The position numbers and the translations under genes are program-made. Below the pieces are notes generated by a model. The model did no database searches. It saw only the letters and a list, made by a program, of their open reading frames with translations, and was not told where the DNA came from. Of a DNA stretch of 64,000 bases, positions 50,338 to 61,249 are shown in pieces (position 1 is the first letter of the stretch; every line of letters begins with the position of its first letter). The DNA is from an uncultured Prevotellaceae bacterium (GTDB lineage Bacteria; Bacteroidota; Bacteroidia; Bacteroidales; Bacteroidaceae). Location: the NCBI GenBank assembly GCA_900315075.1, contig OMXV01000017.1:2736-66735 (forward strand), in the 5' to 3' direction.

Positions 50338-51689
50338 TATGAATCTGATTTCTGACTTGCCTCCTGGTTGGCACCTCCCTTGATGACTACCTTCACGCTG
50401 GAAATGCGCCTTTCCTCAATGGCCAAAATTTCAAAGGTAAATCTGCGATAGATGATTTTCTCACCAACTTTGGGAAAATCACCTTTAATTTCAAGTATGA
50501 GTCCAGCTATAGAGTCTGCGTCGCCCTCCACATCAGCAAATTCTTCGTCGTCAATCTCAAGAATTCTTGAAAAATCTGAAATAGAGGTTTTTCCTTCAAA
50601 GACATATGTGTTTTGGTTCAATCTGGTATATGTCTTCTCTTCCTCGTCGTATTCATCGTTGATTTCGCCAACAATTTCTTCCAGCACATCCTCAAGTGTG
50701 ACAAGACCGCTGGTGCCACCAAACTCATCCACCACAATAGCTATATGGATTTTGTTCTCCTGAAACTCACGCAGCAAATCATCTATTTTCTTTGTCTCAG
50801 GCACGAAATAGGCTGGACGGATAAGACTCTGCCAACGAAATGAGCCCGACTTTCCTATATGAGGCAGTAAATCCTTAATGTAGAGTACACCACGGATATT
50901 ATCGGTATTACCCTGATAAACAGGAATACGGCTATAATTGTTCTCAACAATACATTTCAGCACATCACTGAAACTTGCCTGCATATTCAAATCGACAATA
51001 TCTTGGCGAGGGGTCATAATCTCCTTAGCTGTTTCATCGCCAAAGCGGATGATACCCTGCAACATACTCTTCTCTTCCTTAATTTCCTCATTGTCGGTAA
51101 GTTCAAGAGCCTGTTCCAAATCATCCACACTGAGTACATGACTCTCCTTTTGAACAACTTTCTCAGCAAGCGTGCCACTGCTGATGAGAATGCTGCCAAT
51201 GGGCCAGAATAGTTTTCGCAGAAACATAATCCCTCCTGATGCCATCCGACAGTATTTCAACGAGTTCTGCCGGGCATAGACCTTAGGCATGATTTCGCCG
51301 AAAAGCAATAGCAGGAAAGTAAGTAAAACTGTGACACAGATGAACTGCAACCATATCGCCATGCCAAAATCTATCACCTGGGCAAAGATATAGTTGCACA
51401 ACATGATGATGGTAACATTCACCAAATTATTGGTTATCAATATGGTAGCTAATGTGCGCTCGCTGTCTTCCCTCAGCAGTTGTATGCGTTTGTCAGAATA
51501 GTTCTTTTCTGGTTCAAGTTTGCTCAAGTCTGTGGGTGACAGACTGAAAAAAGCGATTTCCGACGCACTGGCATATCCCGACAGAAAAAGCAAACCAATA
51601 ACCAATACGATAGCTATCCACACACCTAAAGAGGGTGCATAAAGATGTACCCCATTCAGTGTATCGACGATTAATAGAAAAGAGTCCAA
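50337..51689 (-). CDS. gldE: Gliding motility-associated CBS/CorC protein GldE
   Basis: SASEIAFFSL, FGEIMPK, YSRIPV, VVDEFGGTSG; context ssb-gldE-sfp. Confidence 0.88.
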   Translation of the reverse strand: MDSFLLIVDTLNGVHLYAPSLGVWIAIVLVIGLLFLSGYASASEIAFFSLSPTDLSKLEPEKNYSDKRIQLLREDSERTLATILITNNLVNVTIIMLCNYIFAQVIDFGMAIWLQFICVTVLLTFLLLLFGEIMPKVYARQNSLKYCRMASGGIMFLRKLFWPIGSILISSGTLAEKVVQKESHVLSVDDLEQALELTDNEEIKEEKSMLQGIIRFGDETAKEIMTPRQDIVDLNMQASFSDVLKCIVENNYSRIPVYQGNTDNIRGVLYIKDLLPHIGKSGSFRWQSLIRPAYFVPETKKIDDLLREFQENKIHIAIVVDEFGGTSGLVTLEDVLEEIVGEINDEYDEEEKTYTRLNQNTYVFEGKTSISDFSRILEIDDEEFADVEGDADSIAGLILEIKGDFPKVGEKIIYRRFTFEILAIEERRISSVKVVIKGGANQEASQKSDS

Positions 51690-51702
51690 GGCTTATCAAA
51701 AG

Positions 51703-52098
51703 TTAGAAGGGAGCCACAGGACTCTCACCACCCAAATCTTCGCTGACATTGTCTCCATGATGGGATGCAGACTTGGGGGTAAGCAGTTCCAGATTCTCAC
51801 ATTGTATCTCAGTGACATATCTGCGCTGGCCTTTCTGGTCATCGTATGTGCGGTATCTCAGTCGACCCTCAACATAGATTTTATCGCCTTTATGAATATA
51901 TTTCTCGGCAATTTTGGCCAGTCCCCTAAACATCACCACATTGTGCCAGTCGGTACGGTCGGGGACAGACGTACCATTAGGGAGTGTGTACCCCCTCTCG
52001 GTAGTTGCCAGAGTCACAGTAGCCACAGCTTGGTCGGTACTGTAATATTTTATTTCAGGCTCCTTGCCTACATTGCCAATAAGCATCACCTTGTTCAT
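51703..52098 (-). CDS. ssb: Single-stranded DNA-binding protein
   Basis: MNKVMLIGNVG.EPE, TDWH, KGDKIYVEGRL, C-terminal PF. Confidence 0.96.
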   Translation of the reverse strand: MNKVMLIGNVGKEPEIKYYSTDQAVATVTLATTERGYTLPNGTSVPDRTDWHNVVMFRGLAKIAEKYIHKGDKIYVEGRLRYRTYDDQKGQRRYVTEIQCENLELLTPKSASHHGDNVSEDLGGESPVAPF

Positions 52099-52125
52099 AT
52101 GTAAAAGATTTGAAGACCTACAACA

Positions 52126-52680
52126 TTATTTCCACATTCCAAGGTATTTGAACTTGAAGTTCTTACCTTTTGCAGAGGGGAACTGACTACGGGTATCTAC
52201 ACGGTCGCGCAGATAGTCAACCATGCGATTGTAGCAATCAATACCAGAAAGAGCCTTACAACGAGCCACAAAATGTGTATCACGATATTCATGCTTGCCA
52301 GTAGCGGGCACCATCACCACTCTTTTGAAGTCGAGAGTGCCCTCATACCAACCCTGACGCTCTTCATTGAGCTTTGTGATGACAGGGGCAACATCGCGAC
52401 GGTCACCAGCCACACCAGCACCATTAGTATTGGAGCGAAGTGCTTTTTTCTGTTTGAAATCGAGCATGGTCGCTGCCTCGGTTTTAATGATAATAAAATA
52501 CACCCGAGGACGCACTTTATACCTTTTGGGATACAGTACATCGCTCGCCACATATTCACGCACATCTGCCTCAATTTGGGCATTCATGCCAATTTCTGAT
52601 ATGGAACACAAAAAATCGATAGCTTCTTCAACGTTATAAACCAACGTTTCTCTATCGAAATATCTTAAATATAAATTCAT
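52126..52680 (-). CDS. Hypothetical protein
   Basis: 184-aa ORF between the tRNA cluster and ssb. Confidence 0.75.
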   Translation of the reverse strand: MNLYLRYFDRETLVYNVEEAIDFLCSISEIGMNAQIEADVREYVASDVLYPKRYKVRPRVYFIIIKTEAATMLDFKQKKALRSNTNGAGVAGDRRDVAPVITKLNEERQGWYEGTLDFKRVVMVPATGKHEYRDTHFVARCKALSGIDCYNRMVDYLRDRVDTRSQFPSAKGKNFKFKYLGMWK

Positions 52681-52709
52681 GGATAATTGTTTTTCCTAAA
52701 AAAAGAAGG

Positions 52710-52782
<73 letters not shown>

Positions 52783-52796
52783 AACAAAATTAATCA

Positions 52797-52883
52797 TGGT
52801 GAAGAGGAGGAGACTCGAACTCCCACGACACGATTGTCACTACCCCCTCAAAGTAGCGCGTCTACCAATTCCGCCACCTCTCC
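52797..52883 (-). tRNA. tRNA-Leu(GAG)
   Basis: GGAGAGGTGGCGGAATTGGTAGAC...TTGAGGG, long variable arm, encoded CCA. Confidence 0.95.
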
Positions 52884-52916
52884 AACATGTAATATCTAAT
52901 ACCTTGAATAATGTAG

Positions 52917-52998
52917 TGCCCAGAACAGGACTCGAACCTGCACGTCTCTCGACACACGCACCTGAAACGTGCGCGTCTACCAATTCCGCCACCTGGGC
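52917..52998 (-). tRNA. tRNA-Leu(CAG)
   Basis: GCCCAGGTGGCGGAATTGGTAGAC...TTCAGGT...GTTCGAGTC. Confidence 0.96.
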
Positions 52999-53025
52999 AA
53001 GGATAATGATTATTCAAGACATATG

Positions 53026-53098
<73 letters not shown>

Positions 53099-53212
53099 AA
53101 AAACCTTTTCAACAGGTGCATTTCTCTAAATGCGGTTGCAAAGGTAATACTTTTTTTTAAACCCACAAACTTTTCTGCCATTTTTTTGAAATATTTTTCT
53201 AAATCGCCATTC

Positions 53213-54394
53213 TCAATCCATTCTATCACGGTAATCTTCATAACCAAATACTCTGAGCACCTCAACACTTCCGTCAAGATGCCGTATGCCGATTGCAGGA
53301 TGCGTAATGCCATTAAACATACACGTTTTCACGGTGGTATAGTGAATCATATCGTCGAAAACTACCTGGTCGCCCACCTCCAACGGCTTTTCAAATCGCC
53401 AACTACCCATAAAATCACCTGCCAAGCAACTATTACCACCTAAACGATAGATAAATTGCTCTGCTCCCCCAATAGCAGCCTCTAATGGCAGGCTCTCAGC
53501 ACCCACAACTGTGGGTTGATATGGCATTTCCAGGCAATCTGGCATGTGACAGGTGAAACTCACATTGAGAACAGCTGTTTGTATTCCTTTATCCTCCACC
53601 ACATCCACGACATTGGCATATAGTTCACCTGTCTGCCATGCGAAGGCACTTCCCGGTTCGAGGATGACTTTCAGCCAGGGATACCGCTGATGGAATTTCT
53701 TCATCATATCGATCAACAAGGGCACATTGTAATCTTTGCGAGTCATCAAATGCCCTCCACCGAAGTTAATCCATTTCAACTGACGAAACCAAGGAGAGAA
53801 TTTATCCTCGATATGCCGCAATGTACGCTGGAATACCTCCGCCCCACTCTCACAATGGCAATGGCAATGAAATCCATCTATGTCCGCGGGTAATTGGCTC
53901 GGCAATTTATCGGCTGTCACACCAAAACGAGTACCAGGGGCACAGGGATTATAAAGGTCGGTACCCACCTCGCTATATTCAGGATTCACCCGCAAACCTA
54001 ATTTCACCTCAGGGTATTGACTTCGCATCTTCACATGGTATCTGTCGAATTGAGACAGGGAGTTGAAAGTAAGATGACTGGAGCAACGAGCGATTTCGTC
54101 TATCTCGGCATCATTATAGGCGGGCGAAAAGGTGTGAGCCGGAGCGCCAAATTCCTCCAAAGCAAGACGAGCCTCGGAAAGTGAACTGGCAGTGGTAGAT
54201 GAGACATACTCACGGATGATGGGAAAAGTCTTCCACAAGGCAAATGCCTTAAAGGCAAGAATGATTTCCACATCTGCCTCATGAGCCACACGAGATATCA
54301 GCGCTAAGTTAGAACGCAATCTCTGCTCGTCTATTATATAAATAGGTGTAGAGAAAGCTGGTTTTGTTGCTGGGGATTTGGGAAATTGGGACAT
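53213..54394 (-). CDS. nspC: Carboxynorspermidine decarboxylase
   Basis: LAFKAF, YNPCAPGTRFG, NFGGGH, HMPDCLEMPY, NSCLAGD, HYTTVK. Confidence 0.95.
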   Translation of the reverse strand: MSQFPKSPATKPAFSTPIYIIDEQRLRSNLALISRVAHEADVEIILAFKAFALWKTFPIIREYVSSTTASSLSEARLALEEFGAPAHTFSPAYNDAEIDEIARCSSHLTFNSLSQFDRYHVKMRSQYPEVKLGLRVNPEYSEVGTDLYNPCAPGTRFGVTADKLPSQLPADIDGFHCHCHCESGAEVFQRTLRHIEDKFSPWFRQLKWINFGGGHLMTRKDYNVPLLIDMMKKFHQRYPWLKVILEPGSAFAWQTGELYANVVDVVEDKGIQTAVLNVSFTCHMPDCLEMPYQPTVVGAESLPLEAAIGGAEQFIYRLGGNSCLAGDFMGSWRFEKPLEVGDQVVFDDMIHYTTVKTCMFNGITHPAIGIRHLDGSVEVLRVFGYEDYRDRMD

Positions 54395-54632
54395 TTGTAT
54401 AGGGAGTTTAGGAGATTGGGAGATTAAGACATTACCTGATGAGGGGTGAGTGGGCAACAATTTGCAAAAATAGCATTTTAATTCGACAAAGCGCCCTACT
54501 TTTCAAAAAAAATGAAAGATTTACAGTTATAACAATTTTTATTGTATGAAAATTGTGAGAATAGTATATTTTTCATAATTTTGCAAATGGAATGTGAAAG
54601 TCATTACATTTCTTTCCGAGACAGCAAAGACG

Positions 54633-55241
54633 ATGAAACTCGCTATCATGACAAGACCCACATTTTTTGTGGAGGAAAACAAGATTATCGAGGCCCTCTT
54701 CGATGAGGGATTAGACGACCTACACATTTTTAAGCCTGGTTCATCGCCCGTTTATGTAGAGCGGTTATTATCGCTCCTGCCTGAGGATATGCGCCGACAC
54801 ATTACCGTTCACGACAGTTTTTACCTGAAAGAAGAATTCAACTTAGGTGCTATCCATCTTAAAGATGCCAAGATGGAGCGACCTGCTGGCTATAAAGGTA
54901 AATTCAGCCGTTCATGCTCCTCCCTTGACGATTTAAAGGAGGCCAAGCGAAAATCACGCTACGTATTCCTGCACAATGTCTTCGACAGTCTCTCTGATGA
55001 GAGTCTGAAAGCGACATTCACTTCTGCCGAACTTGCCAGTGCCTCTCGCCGTGGACTGATAGACAAGCATGTGTATGCACTTGGAGGTGTAACTATCGAC
55101 AAGGCACCTATGCTACGCGACCTGGGATTTGGGGGCATCGTTATTTGCGGCGACTTATGGAATCGTTTCGACATACACAATGAGACCGACTATAAACACA
55201 TTATCCAGTATTTCGAAAAACTAAAATTAGCAATAGGATAA
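54633..55241 (+). CDS. Thiamine phosphate synthase-like protein
   Basis: LHI.KP, SCSSL, VFDS.S, VYALGGV (TenI/ThiE-like). Confidence 0.75.
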   Translation: MKLAIMTRPTFFVEENKIIEALFDEGLDDLHIFKPGSSPVYVERLLSLLPEDMRRHITVHDSFYLKEEFNLGAIHLKDAKMERPAGYKGKFSRSCSSLDDLKEAKRKSRYVFLHNVFDSLSDESLKATFTSAELASASRRGLIDKHVYALGGVTIDKAPMLRDLGFGGIVICGDLWNRFDIHNETDYKHIIQYFEKLKLAIG

Positions 55242-55266
55242 AACAACTTTAAAACGAAACTACTAT

Positions 55267-56205
55267 ATGAACGACCAGTCATCATTCTTGGTTTTCTCAG
55301 GTACCGCCACACGATACCTTGCAGAGAAAATATGCAAGAGTTTAGGTTGTCCTCTCGGCAACCTACAAATCACTCATTTCTCCGATGGTGAGTTCTCTGT
55401 ATCCTATGAGGAGTCTATCCGTGGCAGAGATGTATTCCTTGTTCAGAGCACCTTCCCAAACTCTGACAACTTCATGGAGTTGCTCCTGATGATTGATGCC
55501 GCCAAACGGGCTTCCGCACGTAACATCATCGCCGTGATGCCCTATTTTGGCTGGGCTCGACAAGACCGCAAGGACAAACCCCGTGTGAGCATCGGTGCAA
55601 AATTGGTGGCCGACATACTGAGTGTTGCCGGTATCGACCGTCTGATTACCATGGACCTCCATGCCGACCAAATACAGGGATTCTTTGATGTTCCTGTCGA
55701 TCACCTCTATGCCTCAGGCGTATTGCTTCCTTATCTTCAGAGTCTCCGACTCGACGATATGGTGATTGCCTCGCCCGACGTAGGTGGTTCAAAACGTGCC
55801 AACACATACGCAAAATACCTCGGCTGTCCACTTGTGCTATGCAATAAAACACGAGCACGTGCCAACGTGGTTGAGAGCATGCAGATTATTGGCGATGTGA
55901 AAGGCAAAAATGTAGTCATCGTAGATGATATCGTAGATACCGCCGGCACTATCACCAAAGCTGCCGACATCATGACTGCTGCCGGTGCAAAAAGCGTCAG
56001 AGCCTGTGCATCACACTGCGTGATGAGTGGTAATGCCAACGACAACGTACAGAATTCCACTTTAGAGGAAATCGTCTTCACTGATTCCATCCCCTACTCC
56101 AACCGCTGCGCTAAGGTCAAGCAAATCTCCGTGGCAGACATGTTTGCTGAGACTATTCGCCGGGTTGTCTATAACCAAAGCATCAGCTCACAATACTTGG
56201 TGTAA
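55267..56205 (+). CDS. prs: Ribose-phosphate pyrophosphokinase
   Basis: FSDGE, PYFGWARQDRK, DLHADQIQGFF, VDDIVDTAGT. Confidence 0.97.
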   Translation: MNDQSSFLVFSGTATRYLAEKICKSLGCPLGNLQITHFSDGEFSVSYEESIRGRDVFLVQSTFPNSDNFMELLLMIDAAKRASARNIIAVMPYFGWARQDRKDKPRVSIGAKLVADILSVAGIDRLITMDLHADQIQGFFDVPVDHLYASGVLLPYLQSLRLDDMVIASPDVGGSKRANTYAKYLGCPLVLCNKTRARANVVESMQIIGDVKGKNVVIVDDIVDTAGTITKAADIMTAAGAKSVRACASHCVMSGNANDNVQNSTLEEIVFTDSIPYSNRCAKVKQISVADMFAETIRRVVYNQSISSQYLV

Positions 56206-56206
56206 A

Positions 56207-57319
56207 ATGAAATTCCATTCGCTACTTTGGCTCCTGTTGGTCCTATTATCGGTCGTTGCCTGTAAGGAACAAGAATCTCAAGTTATCTCCGATGACGGAT
56301 TCGTGGTCATTGGCACCACTGATAGTATTCTCAACAATGCCAACCTGTCGATGATGATGGACGGCAAAGATGAACCTATAGCCACCATACAGGTGAAAGA
56401 CAATCAATTTATGTATGAAGGTTCTGCGGAGAAACTAACCATTTTCCAGGTATGCCGTAGTTTAGCACAAAGCGACCCAGCCACTCAGATGTTCTTTGCA
56501 CAGGATGGAGACACTGTGCGCATCTATTTATCATCTCAATTGGGAAAATCTCACGTCTCGGGCACGACTGTGAATGATGACTTTCAAATGACCATCGACT
56601 CTGCCATGTGTCTCAACCAAAGATTGGTGAAAGTATTCGACCGATATGGTGACAAACCAACCATGGCACAGCAGAAAGAAATGGAACGCATTGTTGAGGA
56701 AGAGAAAAACCACCTGACTGAACTCTATTACAAAGTGGCGGAGAAGCATGTAAACAACGAATTTGGCTTTTTTATTATCACCAATCCTATTTTTGCTTTC
56801 ACTGATGAGCAAAGGATGACACTCATCAAAAAGATGCCTCAAGCATTCCGTGACAGAGAAGTCATCAAAGATTATGAAAAAGCCATCAACAGTACAGGTA
56901 AGAAATTCCCCGAGTACACCATCCGCAGCGCCAACGGCAATTTCATCTCACTGACAAACGAGATTAAAAAGCATAACCTTACAATTATCGACTTCTGGGC
57001 AAGCTGGTGTGCTCCATGTATGCAAGAGATGCCACACATGGTGCAGTTGTACGAATTATACAAAGACAAAGGCCTCGGCATAATTGGTGTCTCGCTCGAC
57101 AAAGACGAGGAATCGTGGAAAAAAGCGGTGTCTGACTTCAATGCCAACTGGACACAAGTGTCAGAGTTGAATGGTTGGGATTGTAAATTAGTGAAAGACT
57201 TAGGGTTCACTGCCATTCCTCACACCATCATCGTAGATAGCGAGGGGACAATTGTTGCCCAAGGCCTCACTGGTGTCAAACTGGAAGACTTCCTCAGATA
57301 TATGGGATTGGGAGAATGA
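56207..57319 (+). CDS. TlpA-type thioredoxin lipoprotein (DUF4369-like N-terminus)
   Basis: Lipobox VVAC; DFWASWCAPC; AIP. Confidence 0.88.
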   Translation: MKFHSLLWLLLVLLSVVACKEQESQVISDDGFVVIGTTDSILNNANLSMMMDGKDEPIATIQVKDNQFMYEGSAEKLTIFQVCRSLAQSDPATQMFFAQDGDTVRIYLSSQLGKSHVSGTTVNDDFQMTIDSAMCLNQRLVKVFDRYGDKPTMAQQKEMERIVEEEKNHLTELYYKVAEKHVNNEFGFFIITNPIFAFTDEQRMTLIKKMPQAFRDREVIKDYEKAINSTGKKFPEYTIRSANGNFISLTNEIKKHNLTIIDFWASWCAPCMQEMPHMVQLYELYKDKGLGIIGVSLDKDEESWKKAVSDFNANWTQVSELNGWDCKLVKDLGFTAIPHTIIVDSEGTIVAQGLTGVKLEDFLRYMGLGE

Positions 57320-57376
57320 TTAAGCTGGGAGTTTAGGAGTTTGGGAGCATAGGAGTATAGACAATAGCATATATTT

Positions 57377-57435
57377 GAGAGCTCGGGCATCTTCGTATGC
57401 AACATTTCATTGCTATCGAAGATGCCCGAGCTCTC
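57377..57435. terminator. 19-bp perfect inverted repeat between convergent genes
   Basis: GAGAGCTCGGGCATCTTCG...CGAAGATGCCCGAGCTCTC. Confidence 0.75.
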
Positions 57436-57484
57436 TATTTCTCTACAGCTACGGCTGCGAAGGTATTGTCAAAGCTCCTATACC

Positions 57485-58888
57485 TTACAGCATAATGTTG
57501 AATCCGAACGACACGCCACCGTTGGAGCTGAGAGGTATGAATTCCTTACTCACTTTGCCAAGAATGGCATCCATGCCAAGGAAGAAATTGAAACCCTTGG
57601 TGTGGAAATTAGCGAGGAATCCTGTATTGAAAGCATAGCTGTTAACACCAAAGCTAAGGCTTCCCTCAAACCAATCTACCGGTGCAATGTTGCCACTGAG
57701 ACGTAGCTCCGACCATCTGTATTTCCATCCGAAATACGAGGATGTCGTACCCAGCAGTCCCACTCTCAGTTGTCGGTATGTTGGAACAGTGTATTGCAAT
57801 CCCACGTTCAGTGTACCACCGATACCTGTGAGACGTGCGCCGTCATCACCATCGTCACTCAGATGCATGAAATCGAGCAACTGGTCAGTATATTTGTCAG
57901 CCTTGTCGTCGAGCACCTCACCCGACTCCGATTTGATGTCCACATCATGGAAACCATCAAACACAAAAGAATTCCGCTTGTTAGTAGCCACATAGTTTTT
58001 GGTCCAAATAATGGCGCCTAAATCCTGCAAAGCCCCATATACAGTGAGGTCTTCGTTGATTTTGTAGGAGGCACCGGCATCTACGGCCAGACCAAATCCG
58101 CTCACTCCCGGTGTACCCATATCCACGTCACTAACATAGTTGTAAGTCCCCGGTTGGCTATAATACTCCTTCGATTTGTTCTTGTATTTAAAACCGTTCA
58201 TACTCACCTGCGACTTTCCATCAGCAGTGATGACCCATTGATTGGCATCTTTCAGGTCGGCAGTGACATTTTCGAGGTTCACCGACGCATTTGCAACACC
58301 AACGAGAAGTTTTGCCTTACCACCAACTCGTAGTTTTTCGTCAATCTGTCTGGAATGGCCCACAGCCAATTCTGTAAATGCTTGCGCATCGAAACTCATA
58401 TCGCCAATGTCATAGCGTTTGTTGCTTGCGTTGACAGCCATTTCAAACATCTGATAGGGAACGCTGACACCTGCGAATCCTCTCACATTGAGCTCAATGG
58501 TGTTGTAACCTCCCCATTTTTTGAAACCGGCCGACATGACAGATACTTTCACCTGACCCGACATTTTATTGTCGCCTGAAGAGAAGCCTGTCAGTCCGTT
58601 GGTCAGATACGGGTTCATAAACGATGTAACTTTCTTGTCGCTTCGGTCGGGATAGAGCGGGTTTTTCCTCACGAGTTCCTCATAACCAAAATTACCCATC
58701 ATCGAAGCGTTGAAATTACCCACTACTGGTACAGAAATATAGTCCTCCTCATTGCCTAAAGCCGGATTGAGGTTGTGACGGTAAAGATAGCTCTCATTGA
58801 AATACCCCGAGCGTACTTCCTGTGCCGATGCCTGAATGGCTGTTGCAGCAAATACGATGGCTGCGAATGTTCTTATATATAGTCTCAT
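57485..58888 (-). CDS. Outer-membrane beta-barrel (DUF5723-like)
   Basis: Signal peptide, LNPA motif, DLGAI.W. Confidence 0.75.
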   Translation of the reverse strand: MRLYIRTFAAIVFAATAIQASAQEVRSGYFNESYLYRHNLNPALGNEEDYISVPVVGNFNASMMGNFGYEELVRKNPLYPDRSDKKVTSFMNPYLTNGLTGFSSGDNKMSGQVKVSVMSAGFKKWGGYNTIELNVRGFAGVSVPYQMFEMAVNASNKRYDIGDMSFDAQAFTELAVGHSRQIDEKLRVGGKAKLLVGVANASVNLENVTADLKDANQWVITADGKSQVSMNGFKYKNKSKEYYSQPGTYNYVSDVDMGTPGVSGFGLAVDAGASYKINEDLTVYGALQDLGAIIWTKNYVATNKRNSFVFDGFHDVDIKSESGEVLDDKADKYTDQLLDFMHLSDDGDDGARLTGIGGTLNVGLQYTVPTYRQLRVGLLGTTSSYFGWKYRWSELRLSGNIAPVDWFEGSLSFGVNSYAFNTGFLANFHTKGFNFFLGMDAILGKVSKEFIPLSSNGGVSFGFNIML

Positions 58889-58900
58889 GGATTGAAATGT

Positions 58901-60724
58901 TTAATTTAAGTCAATGGCGATTTTTCCTATTTTCTGCAATTTCAGTGAGGTCACCTTAATAGTTTGCTTATAGGCATTGAGCAACACACCGGTCACGGCG
59001 GGCTTGCCCGATTTCTTAGCCATCATTTTCACACGGAAGCCCACACCATCCAGCACCTGGAACACAGCGTTGTCTTTGGGTTGAAGCTTCACGGTCACTA
59101 CAGAAGGTTCAGCGGTCACGCCATCTTTCGAGGGTGCTATTACCTCATCGACAGTAACCTCCAGACGGTCGGAACCGATTTCATTTCCATTTTTGTCGAT
59201 ACCGAAGGCTGACAATTCCAAATATGCCGGAATTTTGTTCTCGACATTAGCAATAGCCTTGAGATACCCTTCAATCACTTTCTGGCCATCGGCTTTCGTC
59301 TCCACAAACGAGACATCCTTTACTTTTTCGTTCCAGCCTTTGAATTCATCCTTATACACAACGGCGGCATTCTCAGCCAAGGCGATGCCAGAGGCGACGG
59401 AAAGCACCATGCGACCGGCGTAGTTATGGCCAAGTTCGATGTTCACAGTCTCACTGTCGTCACCCACTCCCACCAAATCAACAAGTGCAATGCTGTCAGG
59501 TATATGGCGAATAATGTCACTTAACGAAGAAACCACCACCACTGTTGTATCACCTCCGGCTTTCTGTGCTCTTCTTCTTACACTGATCACACTCTTGCCA
59601 TTGGCCTTGTAACTAAATTGTGGTACATCAATCCGGTGGATTGTGTTGCCCTTGCTGTCCTTTGCCACAATAGAGCCTTTCATCTTGGTGGCGAAAGGCA
59701 CATCGCTGTCTATATTGATATTCAGCTGTGGATTGTACAGGTCGAGGTCCACCTCATCGTCGTTGAGGAACGAAGGAACATTTCTCAATGACACACCACC
59801 CACTTTACCAAAATTACGTGTAGGAGTGAAACCACCTCTTGCAGAGATGACATTCATTTTGCTAAGTGTAGCCGTACCTTGTACTTCCAGACGTCCGGCA
59901 TTGCGGATTTCTCCTACATTGACATCCGATACTTTCACATCACCGCCGATACCTAATGAAGCGTGGAATTTGAATCCCTCTCCCTTGGTATAGGTCATGT
60001 AACTATCACCGTAAGTATGGTCGAGATAAATGCCCTTCACATGAAGCACAAACGCCAAATCGTTGGCTGGGTTGACATCATGCAGGATGAGTTTGTTGCC
60101 CGCAGCCAGTGTGAGCGAGTCGCCCATGAAGGCCACTTTGCCACATTCCACACACTGGGGGAACGTAAATCTCACCTCCTGAATATTGTTAAGGCACTTC
60201 TTAACACCATCCGAGAAAACCATGTTGATAGTGAGTTTGGCATTATCCAGTCCCACATACTCCAGTCGGGAGATTTGGTCGGTCTTGTACTCATAAATAA
60301 AGTCCATGTTGACCATCGATTCATCAAACGACACCACATCATCGGCACGATTGGCTCTGCGGGGACTTGCATTGGGGATGAGGTCGCCAAGGTCGATATT
60401 ATAAGTACCTTTATAGGTCTTGGAGGGCACGCTGAACTCCTTCACCCACATGTGGGCAACAAAAGCATCGTCGTCAACCACATCAATCTTGTAATTTCCA
60501 TCTTCCTCCACTTTCAAGAAATTGTTCTCGCCAAGGTCCAACACATCGTCGAGACATATTCCCACGGTGGAATTATTTACCGGCGATTCGAAGTTTCCTC
60601 CTATACCTATCGTCTTATCCACATTGCCAAGGTCGTAGTCGGTATCACGACAACCTGTAAAAGCAAGGGAAACAGCCACGGCTGAAGCTATTCCAACCGT
60701 CGTAAGCATCCATTTTGGTTTCAT
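58901..60724 (-). CDS. Lipoprotein (DUF4621-like)
   Basis: Lipobox FTGC followed by D.DYDL..VDKT. Confidence 0.7.
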   Translation of the reverse strand: MKPKWMLTTVGIASAVAVSLAFTGCRDTDYDLGNVDKTIGIGGNFESPVNNSTVGICLDDVLDLGENNFLKVEEDGNYKIDVVDDDAFVAHMWVKEFSVPSKTYKGTYNIDLGDLIPNASPRRANRADDVVSFDESMVNMDFIYEYKTDQISRLEYVGLDNAKLTINMVFSDGVKKCLNNIQEVRFTFPQCVECGKVAFMGDSLTLAAGNKLILHDVNPANDLAFVLHVKGIYLDHTYGDSYMTYTKGEGFKFHASLGIGGDVKVSDVNVGEIRNAGRLEVQGTATLSKMNVISARGGFTPTRNFGKVGGVSLRNVPSFLNDDEVDLDLYNPQLNINIDSDVPFATKMKGSIVAKDSKGNTIHRIDVPQFSYKANGKSVISVRRRAQKAGGDTTVVVVSSLSDIIRHIPDSIALVDLVGVGDDSETVNIELGHNYAGRMVLSVASGIALAENAAVVYKDEFKGWNEKVKDVSFVETKADGQKVIEGYLKAIANVENKIPAYLELSAFGIDKNGNEIGSDRLEVTVDEVIAPSKDGVTAEPSVVTVKLQPKDNAVFQVLDGVGFRVKMMAKKSGKPAVTGVLLNAYKQTIKVTSLKLQKIGKIAIDLN

Positions 60725-60883
60725 ATTTTGTCTATTTGTTAATTTCAAAAACACTTAGTCGTAAATATTCTGCAAAATTACGCTTTTTTGCATGAATAAC
60801 AGGTTTAGCGACTGTTAAAATATGTAAATCAACAACATGGAACAATAAAGGTCAAAAAAAAACCACACTTGCGTGTGGTTTTG

Positions 60884-60957
60884 AGCCTCTTGTCGGATTC
60901 GAACCAACGACCCCGAGATTACAAATCACGTGCTCTGGCCAACTGAGCTAAAGAGGC
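60884..60957 (-). tRNA. tRNA-Thr(TGT)
   Basis: GCCTCTTTAGCTCAGTTGG...TTTGTAA...GTTCGAATCC. Confidence 0.96.
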
Positions 60958-60961
60958 GGGT

Positions 60962-61057
60962 GGGTAAGCTACTTACATCGCGCCGCTACAACCAACTACC
61001 TTTGCTACGTTCCCGTCCTGGAGGATTCGAAGGGAGCTGGCCGTGCAAGACTTACCC
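60962..61057 (-). ncRNA. ffs: Signal recognition particle RNA (4.5S)
   Basis: Long hairpin GGGTAAG/CTTACCC with CCAGG-ACG-GGAA-CGT-AGCA domain IV; promoter TACCTTTG at 61069-61076. Confidence 0.9.
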
Positions 61058-61189
61058 GTTTTGCGGTGCAAAGGTAGGCATTTTTTTTATAGTAACGCAC
61101 GCCTCGCTTGGATTTAACGTTTATTAAGCATTCCATTCCGAGTGTAAGTGCGCCTCCAAACGATATTCCAAGATGTCAAAGAGTTCAAA

Positions 61190-61220
61190 AAACCTGGCTT
61201 TCCCGAAGGCAAGCCAGGTT
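61190..61220 (-). terminator. Terminator after the small peptide
   Basis: AACCTGGCTT...AAGCCAGGTT, with a T run following on the minus strand. Confidence 0.7.
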
Positions 61221-61249
61221 AAGATCTATCTATTCAGAGTCAAGAGAGG

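Noticed and set aside
54395-54460. N-terminal extension of NspC in the ORF track
   Set aside because: It is encoded by octamer repeats from a non-ATG start; the ATG at 54394 is more plausible.
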